From: a virus
Reading direction: 5' to 3' (one strand)
Virus record (IMG/VR): IMGVR_UViG_3300030104_004245
Location: 1 to 64,000 of that record
Length of the DNA: 64,000 bases
Positions 41,264 through 49,187 of this stretch are shown here, piece after piece. How positions within the stretch are numbered: the first letter of the stretch is position 1; each line of letters opens with the position of its first letter. The notes under the pieces are model-generated. The model ran no database searches, was not told where the DNA came from, and saw only the letters and a program-made list of their open reading frames with translations. The position numbers were made by a program, and so were the translations under genes.

Positions 41264-41737
41264 ATGAAAAATTTATTAGAGCTTGGTAAACAAGTAAAAC
41301 AATGGTACGTTCACTCAATTACAGATAAAGGTATGATTACTTTGAGATCTACAATTGATAAACCTACAGAGAATGTAGTGGAATTCTTCAACACTGATAC
41401 AGGCAAGAAAGAGAAGTTATATACGCCATCAGGCGGGGATACTATCTATGCTTGTGCTGTAATTAGAAAGAAGTTAGCACAAAAGGTTAAAGATCCTAAC
41501 ACAGGTAAGATGGTTAACAAGAGAGTAACTCGCACAAAGAAGGAACTTCTTGCATTAGCTTACAGTAAGAAAGGAGAGAAAGTAATCCAAGTAGGTAAAG
41601 AACCATTAGGTCCTAACGGTGATCCATTATTTGTTTGGAAGAATGAAATGTGCATGGACACTATTGTTGACAAGGAAACAGGTGCTAAAACCAAAGTTCC
41701 TTCTGATACTTTCCAATGGCTTAAGTTTAACTCTTAA
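41264..41737 (+). CDS. Hypothetical early protein (Lys-rich)
   Basis: 157 aa; first gene of the plus-strand block with an A-rich start context. Confidence 0.7.
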   Translation: MKNLLELGKQVKQWYVHSITDKGMITLRSTIDKPTENVVEFFNTDTGKKEKLYTPSGGDTIYACAVIRKKLAQKVKDPNTGKMVNKRVTRTKKELLALAYSKKGEKVIQVGKEPLGPNGDPLFVWKNEMCMDTIVDKETGAKTKVPSDTFQWLKFNS

Positions 41738-41745
41738 GTCTATTG

Positions 41746-41769
41746 CCTGTAGTTAATTCTACAGGTTTT
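41746..41769 (+). terminator. Hairpin/terminator
   Basis: CCTGTAG-TTAATT-CTACAGG-TTTT. Confidence 0.55.
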
Positions 41770-41786
41770 GGTGAAGAAGATGGATT

Positions 41787-41861
41787 ATACATACTGAAAA
41801 TAAAAGAATGAGGTATTTAATGTTACTTGAGTACTTTATTCTTTTATTTTTTTGTGTGTGT
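41787..41861 (+). ncRNA. Long G-U-rich RNA hairpin (candidate structured RNA or processing site)
   Basis: 24-bp stem 41797-41820/41827-41850 is fully paired only if 4 G-U pairs are allowed; extended by ATACATAC/GTGTGTGT. Confidence 0.5.
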
Positions 41862-41881
41862 CTCACAGTGTGGGAGTCAAT

Positions 41882-42078
41882 ATATCCACATTTTACCACT
41901 TTGTTACACATCCAATCAATCAACTCATAGTAATAATTAATATAGCTATAACTAGAGTAATGACTCAAGTAATGGCTCATATTACCAAGAACATAGGTTA
42001 TTGTTCTCTCTCTATAGGATAAGAGACATAGTAACCGCAACTCAATAAATAATAACTCACTTAATAGGTAGTGGCTCA
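41882..42078 (+). repeat. Degenerate iteron-like repeats
   Basis: Three 9-mers at 10-bp period (ATATCCACA, TTTACCACT, TGTTACACA) and four RRTARTRRCTCA 12-mers (41956, 41968, 42048, 42067). Confidence 0.4.
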
Positions 42079-42092
42079 CCACTAAAATAAAA

Positions 42093-42263
42093 ATGGCAAA
42101 TCTTAAATCAAAACTAGTAGATGAACTACTAGAATTAACAGCTGATAGTCCAAAGCCTAACCTAGATGGTTACTTAGACTATAAAATGTTTTTATATACT
42201 TTAACTACTAACCAATTGTTAGATAGTATAGAGTATGAACAAAAACAATTAAAAACCCATTAA
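42093..42263 (+). CDS. Small hypothetical protein (56 aa)
   Basis: MANLKSKLVDELLELTADSPKPNLDGYLDYKMFLYTLTTNQLLDSIEYEQKQLKTH*; A-rich start context; below the ORF-track cutoff. Confidence 0.6.
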   Translation: MANLKSKLVDELLELTADSPKPNLDGYLDYKMFLYTLTTNQLLDSIEYEQKQLKTH

Positions 42264-42266
42264 AGG

Positions 42267-42424
42267 TGACACCAGTGTCATACTAACAATACCAGAGTAT
42301 TAAACCTTTGGTATTGTTGTTAATGGTATAGTTGAGTAGACAATCATGTCTATTCTGTTTGAGTGAGTAGCGATTGAAGGGATGATTATAGCTACTTCAT
42401 CCCTTTAGTCCAGCTTGCTATTTA
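42267..42424 (+). ncRNA. Tandem-hairpin structured intergenic RNA
   Basis: Four consecutive stems (13, 9 and 14 bp plus an outer 8-bp helix and a small one) containing G-U pairs. Confidence 0.45.
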
Positions 42425-42457
42425 ATAAGAATCACTAATTTAATAGATAATAATAAG

Positions 42458-42898
42458 ATGAATATAGAAAGAATAACATATAAACTGATAAGTGATACAC
42501 TTGAAAAAGGAGAAATTACTCCATTCATAGTAAAAATGATGATATCGTATCTTACAGATGAACAAAGAGGTACAATCCTAGATGAAATAGTAAATGAACT
42601 TCCATCCATAGAATATAAAAAAGATATGAAAGTATGGTTTAATCCTAAAGATAATACATATGATCTTAAAGGTTTGTTTGAAGAAGATATGATGAAAGAT
42701 AAAAAACTTATGGATGAACATGGTAATATTAAAGGCACAATTATAGATGATTGTAGTTATAAAGATGGAGTTAATCCATATGCAACAGAGTATAAAGTAA
42801 ATGCTTGGATAGGGTATAATGATGATGGATTTGCTAATACTAAAGAAATAAGAGTAAAAAGATCTAATATTTTAGCATTATGGAAGCCTTTGGGATAG
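42458..42898 (+). CDS. Hypothetical protein
   Basis: 146 aa ORF in the plus-strand block. Confidence 0.65.
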   Translation: MNIERITYKLISDTLEKGEITPFIVKMMISYLTDEQRGTILDEIVNELPSIEYKKDMKVWFNPKDNTYDLKGLFEEDMMKDKKLMDEHGNIKGTIIDDCSYKDGVNPYATEYKVNAWIGYNDDGFANTKEIRVKRSNILALWKPLG

Positions 42899-43119
42899 TA
42901 AATAAAGATGTAGTTACTGATCCAGAGCTATCAATACAAGCAAAAGGTGTGTATGCAATCATATGCACCTTTGCTAATAAAGAAAGGTCTTGCTTTCCTT
43001 CAATCAATACAATTGCAGACTTGGCTAACACACATCCAAGAACAATTAGTAGAAAATTAAAGGAATTATCATCAAAAGGTTACATACATAGAAAAGGTAG
43101 AAAATTATTTTTAAAGTGA
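42880..43119 (+). CDS. Helix-turn-helix (HTH_36-like) DNA-binding protein
   Basis: 'LSIQAKGVY...CFPSINTIADLANTHPRTISRKLKELSSKGYI'. Confidence 0.8.
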   Translation: MEAFGIVNKDVVTDPELSIQAKGVYAIICTFANKERSCFPSINTIADLANTHPRTISRKLKELSSKGYIHRKGRKLFLK

Positions 43120-43187
43120 TAGCTATACTACTATTAATTATTATTAGTAGTGACTGAAAATCATTAGGTAATATCTGTTCAATCACA

Positions 43188-43195
43188 TATATTTG
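43188..43195 (+). promoter_or_regulatory. -7 promoter element TATATTTG (near-leaderless)
   Basis: 3 nt upstream of the ATG at 43199. Confidence 0.55.
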
Positions 43196-43198
43196 CGT

Positions 43199-43474
43199 AT
43201 GATTTATCAATTACCAAATGGACGTATTATAGAAATGAGTCTAGAAACTTATCTTGATCTTGATGATGATGAGATAAGAGAACTTAATGGTCTTGGTAAA
43301 GAATTCACTTCAGATATAACTAATCCTTTTCACAAATCTACTCTACAGTCTAATAGGACTGAGAAGCCTGAAGAACCAGAAGTATGGGAATTTCAGGAAA
43401 GAGAACCAAGTCTTGATGAAATCAAGGATATAGAAAAAATGGAAGACAAGTACTTCCATCGTGATGACACGTAG
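43199..43474 (+). CDS. Hypothetical acidic protein
   Basis: MIYQLPNGRIIEMS...; ATG at 43199. Confidence 0.65.
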   Translation: MIYQLPNGRIIEMSLETYLDLDDDEIRELNGLGKEFTSDITNPFHKSTLQSNRTEKPEEPEVWEFQEREPSLDEIKDIEKMEDKYFHRDDT

Positions 43475-43523
43475 TCATCAAAATTAATTAATTATTTATA
43501 AACTCAAAACAAATTTTAAAAAG

Positions 43524-44114
43524 ATGAAAAATCAACAAGCTGTCAGCATACAAGCTGATGAACAAGGAAACGTAGTAAGAGTATCTAATAACAACCCAGA
43601 ATTTGGTCATGTTAGATTAATCCAAAGCAAACGTGTAATAAGAGGTGGATGGGTAAACAAAAAAGAAAGAAGCGCATTATTACAAGGTACAGTAGAGGAT
43701 TTAACTGCATGCAGCTATGAAGCTGGTGAAGTATTAGATGGAAATATCATTATAAAAGAATCTTTTACACCATTTAATAAAAAGAAACCAGAAATGCATC
43801 TTAAAGTAGCAGGTGACAGTGGTGTTACATGCAAAGGTGTAGATCAAGAAACTGGTGAAGTAAGAGACATTTACAGAACTACTGAGTATGATGACACTGG
43901 TCTATTAAAAGATCAGTTAATTCCACATGTTAATGGTGATGAAATTAAAGCAGCATTAACTGGTGAAAGTATGTCTAAATCAGACTTAAATGATGTTCTT
44001 GCAAAAGGAACAAAGAAAACTAAGTCTAAAGAGACACCTGTAAAAGAAGAGGAGGTTATTGAAGAACCTGCTGAAGAAGAAGTAGTCATGGAAGATGAAA
44101 CTTTTGAATTATAA
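43524..44114 (+). CDS. Putative ssDNA-binding protein (beta-rich core, acidic tail)
   Basis: 196 aa ending EEEVVMEDETFEL. Confidence 0.4.
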   Translation: MKNQQAVSIQADEQGNVVRVSNNNPEFGHVRLIQSKRVIRGGWVNKKERSALLQGTVEDLTACSYEAGEVLDGNIIIKESFTPFNKKKPEMHLKVAGDSGVTCKGVDQETGEVRDIYRTTEYDDTGLLKDQLIPHVNGDEIKAALTGESMSKSDLNDVLAKGTKKTKSKETPVKEEEVIEEPAEEEVVMEDETFEL

Positions 44115-44274
44115 TTAATACATCCTGAGTAAATACGGTATCTGCAGTACCTGTTAATAAGCTTAAGTATTTACTTGTATCAGTCCTGGCCAGTGTTAAA
44201 TAAGGTAAAAGAGTTGGATTAAACTCCAATGTTCCCTTATTTAAACGAGAGGTACCAGTGGATGTATAATTATA
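44110..44274 (+). ncRNA. Candidate multi-branched ncRNA
   Basis: Closing 15-bp stem 44110-44125/44260-44274 (one bulge); inner 10-bp stems 44127-44136/44167-44176 and 44196-44205/44235-44244. Confidence 0.55.
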
Positions 44275-44338
44275 GGAATGATCAACCTTAACTGATCACA
44301 CGTAATTTTAATAGTATTACGTTTAAATTTTTTTTACT

Positions 44339-44374
44339 GAAGAGGGAGTGACCGGAACCGGTTGCTCCTTTTTC
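44339..44374 (+). terminator. Rho-independent terminator
   Basis: GAAGAGGGAGTGACCG-GAAC-CGGTTGCTCCTTTTTC. Confidence 0.75.
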
Positions 44375-44404
44375 TATATATAAACCTTTTAAAAATTAAT
44401 AAAA

Positions 44405-44914
44405 ATGCTCACTCAAGAAGAATATCAAAAAATAAAGCCTGGTTTAGATAAACTAGACGAACAAAGACAAATTGCAAGATACACATATTTAGGTATCTTA
44501 AATGAATATCAATTATACTTAAAAGAACCAAAACAAAAACTCGTTTACACAAAACTTAATCCACATCAACATTTCTTATTTAAAAGAATATTACATGGAT
44601 TAAAGATGTATAAGCCAAAAGAAATAGAGACTATGCATTGGGATAAAAAGAGAAGAATAACTAAAGTATGGAAGCGTGGTCAAAATGTGATAAATGAGTT
44701 TAAACAATACGTTGCTTGGCAACAAGTTAAGCCTATTTTTCGTATATTTGCTCAATCAGAATTAGGTAGAGAAATATATGAAATGCCATTTGAATATTTA
44801 CCTGATTATAGGAACAGAATGACCTTACAAGAGTTAGGTATAAACTATGAAGACTTGATCTTAAAGTTTATAGGTTTAAAATTGTTACCAAAAAACTATT
44901 TAAGTTTAAAATGA
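44405..44914 (+). CDS. Hypothetical protein
   Basis: 169 aa ORF. Confidence 0.65.
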   Translation: MLTQEEYQKIKPGLDKLDEQRQIARYTYLGILNEYQLYLKEPKQKLVYTKLNPHQHFLFKRILHGLKMYKPKEIETMHWDKKRRITKVWKRGQNVINEFKQYVAWQQVKPIFRIFAQSELGREIYEMPFEYLPDYRNRMTLQELGINYEDLILKFIGLKLLPKNYLSLK

Positions 44915-45174
44915 GACAAAAATCTAAAAAAATGCAGAGAATTGATGCAAAGTATAGTCAATTGAGGAGGGTATTCCTCACTGATTATCCTTTGTGTCAA
45001 GCTGCTCTGCCTAAATGTACTAATAAATCCACTGATGTACATCATAAAAAAGGTAGAGGTATACATCATAATGATGTAAATACCTGGTTATCAGTATGTA
45101 GAAGCTGTCACAATTGGATAGAGTTAAATCCAATAGAGGCAGAAGAATTAGGATTTTCAATTAAAAGAATATGA
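44911..45174 (+). CDS. HNH endonuclease (small, Zn-binding)
   Basis: 'CQ...C...TDVHHKKGR...WLSVCRSCHNWI'. Confidence 0.8.
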   Translation: MRQKSKKMQRIDAKYSQLRRVFLTDYPLCQAALPKCTNKSTDVHHKKGRGIHHNDVNTWLSVCRSCHNWIELNPIEAEELGFSIKRI

Positions 45175-45434
45175 TTAAATTATTAAAATACTTAGCAACA
45201 AGTTTACAAAAGGAAGATTTATATAATCTTGCAATGTTTTTGTCAGATAATCCTGACGTTATAGATCAAGAAACTTTACTACATGTAATAAATGAAGTTA
45301 ATGACTTTGAAATGCATGTATTACCACAAGAATTAAATGAAAAACTTGATAAAATTCAAGAACATTTTAATGAAATGGATAAACATGAAGAATTACATAA
45401 AATATTAAAAGATAATAATATAGGTTTAAATTAA
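45171..45434 (+). CDS. Hypothetical protein
   Basis: 87 aa, ATGA-coupled. Confidence 0.6.
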   Translation: MIKLLKYLATSLQKEDLYNLAMFLSDNPDVIDQETLLHVINEVNDFEMHVLPQELNEKLDKIQEHFNEMDKHEELHKILKDNNIGLN

Positions 45435-46541
45435 ATGGAAGTGAAAGAAATCTCAAGAGATAAAGTACAATCAGATGCTTTAGATGTAGCAATAAATAAT
45501 AATAGAGCAACGCTCGGTATATCTATGGGTGTTGGTAAAACAAGAATTGCTATCCAACATCTAATGAAACTATATGATCCCTTTATAAGGGTGTTAGTTG
45601 TAGTTCCAAAGTGGTCTGTAAAAGACTCTTGGGAAGATGAATTACAAAAGATGGGTAATCTTAAACTTATACATCATATAGAATTTTCAACATATTTATC
45701 ATTAAATAAACTTAATCCACTAGACTATGATATAGTTTATTTAGATGAATGTCACAGTTTATTAGAAACACATGAAACATTTCTCTCTGAATTTAAAGGT
45801 AGAGTATTAGGTTTAACTGGTACACCACCTAAATCCGGTGAGAAATTAAAGATGGTCAACAAGTATTGTCCTGTTAAATACACATTTAGTGTAGATGATG
45901 CAGCTGATAATGATATACTTAATGATTATCAAATTATAGTACATGAATTAGAATTATCTAGAGTAAAAAATGTTAAAAAATCTACAAAAGATGGAAGAAC
46001 ATGGTATACTTCAGAACTATCTGATTATCAGTACTATACAGGTGCATTGGGTGATTCTCAAACACCAAAACAAAGACAATTCCTATCTATTATGCGTATG
46101 AAAGCCATGATGGACTATCCAACCAAAGAAGCATATGCTAAAGGTTTGGTAAAAAACATAGGACAGAAATGTATTGTCTTTGCTAATACACAAGCACAAG
46201 CTGATAGAATGTGTCAACACAGCTATCATTCTAAAAATACCGCATCAGAGGATAACTTACAGTTATTTAGTGATGGTAGAATAGATAAGCTGTCTTGTGT
46301 ATTACAATTAAGTGAAGGAGTTACTATACCTAATTTACGTCAAGGTATTATTATGCATGCATATGGTAATGAACGTAAGTCAGCACAAAGAATAGGACGT
46401 TTGCTGCGCCTAAATCCAAGTGAAACTGCAACATGTCATATATTATGCTATAAAAATACTCAAGATGTAAAATGGGTAAACTCCGCACTTAATACTTTTG
46501 ATAAGGATAAAGTTAAATATTATAATCCACTAAATAAATGA
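45435..46541 (+). CDS. Superfamily 2 DExH helicase
   Basis: MGVGKT, LDECH, GLTGT, LSEGVTIP, QRIGRLLR. Confidence 0.9.
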   Translation: MEVKEISRDKVQSDALDVAINNNRATLGISMGVGKTRIAIQHLMKLYDPFIRVLVVVPKWSVKDSWEDELQKMGNLKLIHHIEFSTYLSLNKLNPLDYDIVYLDECHSLLETHETFLSEFKGRVLGLTGTPPKSGEKLKMVNKYCPVKYTFSVDDAADNDILNDYQIIVHELELSRVKNVKKSTKDGRTWYTSELSDYQYYTGALGDSQTPKQRQFLSIMRMKAMMDYPTKEAYAKGLVKNIGQKCIVFANTQAQADRMCQHSYHSKNTASEDNLQLFSDGRIDKLSCVLQLSEGVTIPNLRQGIIMHAYGNERKSAQRIGRLLRLNPSETATCHILCYKNTQDVKWVNSALNTFDKDKVKYYNPLNK

Positions 46542-46660
46542 TAGAATTAATTACACACGGTATAGCTCTTATTATTGCAATAGGAGCTGGTATCGCAATA
46601 GGAATATATATAACAACACAAATAAGTTGTTGGATAGATAAGAATATAAAAAATAAATAA
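46538..46660 (+). CDS. Small membrane peptide (40 aa)
   Basis: MIELITHGIALIIAIGAGIAIGIYITTQISCWIDKNIKNK*; ATGA overlap with the helicase stop. Confidence 0.55.
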   Translation: MIELITHGIALIIAIGAGIAIGIYITTQISCWIDKNIKNK

Positions 46661-46661
46661 T

Positions 46662-46811
46662 ATGGGGTTAATGAAAGAGATTTACCTAGAAATGATACGT
46701 AGAGAGTTTCAAGGTACACCACATGAATTTATGAATATATGGTTTAAAGAAAATAATATAAAAAGAAAATACAAAAAAAATGCCAAGAAACACATACACA
46801 AAAAAAATTAA
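46662..46811 (+). CDS. Small hypothetical protein (49 aa)
   Basis: MGLMKEIYLEMIRREFQGTPHEF...; fills the gap in the operon. Confidence 0.5.
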   Translation: MGLMKEIYLEMIRREFQGTPHEFMNIWFKENNIKRKYKKNAKKHIHKKN

Positions 46812-47040
46812 TGAATGGGATCTAGATATAGAATATAATTACGTACCAGCTGAACCATCTACACATGACTATCCAGGTTATGGATCACATGTAGAGATAG
46901 AGGCTATTTACTTATGGAATGAAGACATAAATGTATCAACAGATGAACAAGTTGATATGTCTGATTTTTTCTATGAATTATGTCCAGACACAATGAGAGA
47001 GTTAGAAGAAGAAATAGTAGAAGATCATGAAAATTCTTAA
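46780..47040 (+). CDS. Hypothetical acidic protein
   Basis: 86 aa with a 'YxPAEP.T.DYPG' motif. Confidence 0.6.
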   Translation: MPRNTYTKKINEWDLDIEYNYVPAEPSTHDYPGYGSHVEIEAIYLWNEDINVSTDEQVDMSDFFYELCPDTMRELEEEIVEDHENS

Positions 47041-47043
47041 ATT

Positions 47044-47151
47044 ATGATTAAGTATTGGAAAAATTTAAATGAAGAAGATAAAATTAGTTTTATAATTGTA
47101 TCAATAACATTGATATTATTAATATCATTATTTGCTTTAGCAATATTATGA
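47044..47151 (+). CDS. Small membrane peptide (35 aa)
   Basis: MIKYWKNLNEEDKISFIIVSITLILLISLFALAIL*; ATGA overlap with the next gene. Confidence 0.5.
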   Translation: MIKYWKNLNEEDKISFIIVSITLILLISLFALAIL

Positions 47152-47531
47152 AAAACAATTTTTTCTCAATATTAAAGAAAGTGGATAGGAAGCTCATCCA
47201 TACTATAAAGGCTAAAGGTACACTCTATGACAATTGGATCAAAGAGTTACCTGAAGGAACTAAAATAGAAATATTTGCCAGTGTATCTGGTGAAGATGGA
47301 ACTAATGCACAACTTGCAAAGATTCATGCTATGATTAGAGAATTAGCTAATGAAATAGGTCATACATTTCAAGAGTTAAAACTTGAAGCTAAAAGAAAAA
47401 CAGGTTTATGTTTTGTTAGAGATAAACAAGAATATTGTAAATCATTTAAAGATTGTAGTAAACAAGAGTTAAATCTTGTTATACAAGCATTAATAGAGAT
47501 GGGGGATTTTACGGGGGTTAACTTGAGGTAG
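47148..47531 (+). CDS. NinB/Orf-like recombination mediator
   Basis: 'TNAQLAKIHAMIRELANEIGHTFQELK...KSFKDCSKQEL' pattern. Confidence 0.55.
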   Translation: MKNNFFSILKKVDRKLIHTIKAKGTLYDNWIKELPEGTKIEIFASVSGEDGTNAQLAKIHAMIRELANEIGHTFQELKLEAKRKTGLCFVRDKQEYCKSFKDCSKQELNLVIQALIEMGDFTGVNLR

Positions 47532-48045
47532 AGATATCTTCTCCAAACTCTTTGTTACTAAAATCCCTTACATCATCTATTACTGCTTCCATAGTTTGTT
47601 CATTCATATTATTAAGAACATTAGTTAAACTTTCTTTAACTGTTTCTTTAACAGCAACTGTTTTTCCTTGATCAGCAGCTTGTAAATTTATTTCAGATAA
47701 AAGTGACATGAGTGTCCATACTGATTTATCTATAATAGTTATTTTATCTTCAGGTAGAAGTTTACCTTCTTCATCTCTAAAGTTTGCTTTAATTTTGTGC
47801 ATAGTAGCAACTATTTCATCTGCTTGCATTGGAGCTAATATAAAATTTAGAGTATCTTCAATGGCTTTTCTAAAGTTTCCTGAGATAGGTATTTGAATTA
47901 TAGCGTCATCTGGAATGATAACCGAAGCAATATCTAATTCTGATAATTTTTCTTTATTATCAATAGTATTTTGAATAAGCTCATTAGCTTTTTTAGTTTT
48001 TGTAATAGGTTTTATTTCCTTTGATTCTTTTTTCTTTTTAGCCAT
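47518..48045 (-). CDS. Hypothetical protein, opposite to its block
   Basis: 175 aa with a clear ATG and its own upstream promoter-like motif. Confidence 0.7.
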   Translation of the reverse strand: MAKKKKESKEIKPITKTKKANELIQNTIDNKEKLSELDIASVIIPDDAIIQIPISGNFRKAIEDTLNFILAPMQADEIVATMHKIKANFRDEEGKLLPEDKITIIDKSVWTLMSLLSEINLQAADQGKTVAVKETVKESLTNVLNNMNEQTMEAVIDDVRDFSNKEFGEDISTSS

Positions 48046-48067
48046 TATAAATAGTATTAATTATACA

Positions 48068-48095
48068 TAAAGATACAATAAATTTAGTATCTTTA
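48068..48095. promoter_or_regulatory. Divergent promoter pair / inverted repeat TAAAGATAC-N10-GTATCTTTA
   Basis: TATCTTTA (TAnnTTTG-like) on both strands between divergent genes. Confidence 0.45.
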
Positions 48096-48115
48096 CAAAC
48101 CTTAAAAAATAAACC

Positions 48116-48661
48116 ATGTTCAAAGAAGATATTTTAGAAATGACAAATGAGATTCAAAGATTTAAAAATGAATTTGAGTCAAAGTATGAAAAAAATATTA
48201 ATATATTAGTCAGTGATAAATCTGACATAGTTGTCAATGTCAGACAATGGGAGGATGAGTTAATTGCAATGAAAGAAGCTCATCAAATAAAAACTATAGA
48301 AATACTTGAAAAACTAGTATTAGGAACAATGAGAGAATTGTATCCTGAATTTAAAGGTTGGAGATCTTTAGGTAAAGAATGTAGAAGAAGAGAGTTTGTA
48401 ATATTCAAACAAATCTTTTGTTATATATGTAATAAAATAGGATTTACATTACAATACACAGGAGCATATATTAATAAACACCACGCAAGTGTAATACACA
48501 GTATTAAACAAACGGAAGGTTTATTAGATATAGGTGATCCACAAGTATGTGAAGCTTATGATAAATTAAAAGAAAATATTAGAAATTATGTTAGAACTAT
48601 TCCAGAAGATATTAAAAGACAAACTTACACCGAACCAATTACTTCTCTTGTATGGGATTAA
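48116..48661 (+). CDS. Protein with DnaA C-terminal (domain IV) HTH-like domain
   Basis: 'RRREFVIFKQIFCYI...TLQYTGAYINKHHASVIHSIKQ' resembles the Bac_DnaA_C consensus. Confidence 0.65.
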   Translation: MFKEDILEMTNEIQRFKNEFESKYEKNINILVSDKSDIVVNVRQWEDELIAMKEAHQIKTIEILEKLVLGTMRELYPEFKGWRSLGKECRRREFVIFKQIFCYICNKIGFTLQYTGAYINKHHASVIHSIKQTEGLLDIGDPQVCEAYDKLKENIRNYVRTIPEDIKRQTYTEPITSLVWD

Positions 48662-49187
48662 GAATAAAATCTCTTTTCCTATACAAAACAAACAATATGA
48701 TGTAGGAGCATTAATTAAATTAGGTTTAGTAGTATATAAAGAAGGGCCAATGTATTCATTGACACCAAAAGGTAAAAGTATATGTGTTAAATATAATCAA
48801 TACTTTAAAGTCTCTAAAAAGAGAACTACCACACAACTATTAGGTAAAGGATATGTAGAAATGCTTAAAATATACAGAGAAGCATGGCCTGCAGGTAAAT
48901 TACCAAGTGGTAAACCAGGTAGACAAAATGTTAAAACATTAGAAAATGCATTTAGATGGTTTTTTGATACATATGATTATACTTGGGAAGAAGTTAGTCA
49001 TGCAACAGTTATGTATCTTACTGAATATAAAGCAAAAGATTATATGTATATGAAAACTAGTCAATACTTTATATGTAAAACAGATAAATATAAAGTAAAG
49101 CATTCAGAATTAGCTGATTATTGTGACATGGTTCGTGATGGTGTTAAAATAGAAGATCAAGATTATTTTAAAGAGAAAGTAGTATGA
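48588..49187 (+). CDS. Putative replication initiator / helicase loader (wHTH N-terminus)
   Basis: wHTH-like 'LIKLGLV...YSLTPKG'; directly upstream of DnaB. Confidence 0.5.
   Translation: MLELFQKILKDKLTPNQLLLLYGIKNKISFPIQNKQYDVGALIKLGLVVYKEGPMYSLTPKGKSICVKYNQYFKVSKKRTTTQLLGKGYVEMLKIYREAWPAGKLPSGKPGRQNVKTLENAFRWFFDTYDYTWEEVSHATVMYLTEYKAKDYMYMKTSQYFICKTDKYKVKHSELADYCDMVRDGVKIEDQDYFKEKVV

Noticed and set aside
41759-42082. 107-aa minus-strand ORF (also 41041-41229 and 42418-42738)
   Set aside because: Non-ATG or weak starts and unnatural composition; they overlap plus-strand RNA stems or a real plus-strand gene.
44121-44180. Hammerhead ribozyme (CTGAG start)
   Set aside because: Lacks the CUGAnGA...GAAA core in the required arrangement.
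41738-44405. CRISPR mini-array or tRNA genes in the large intergenic regions
   Set aside because: No regularly spaced 25-40 nt direct repeats and no cloverleaf with a T-loop (GTTCRA) were found by eye.
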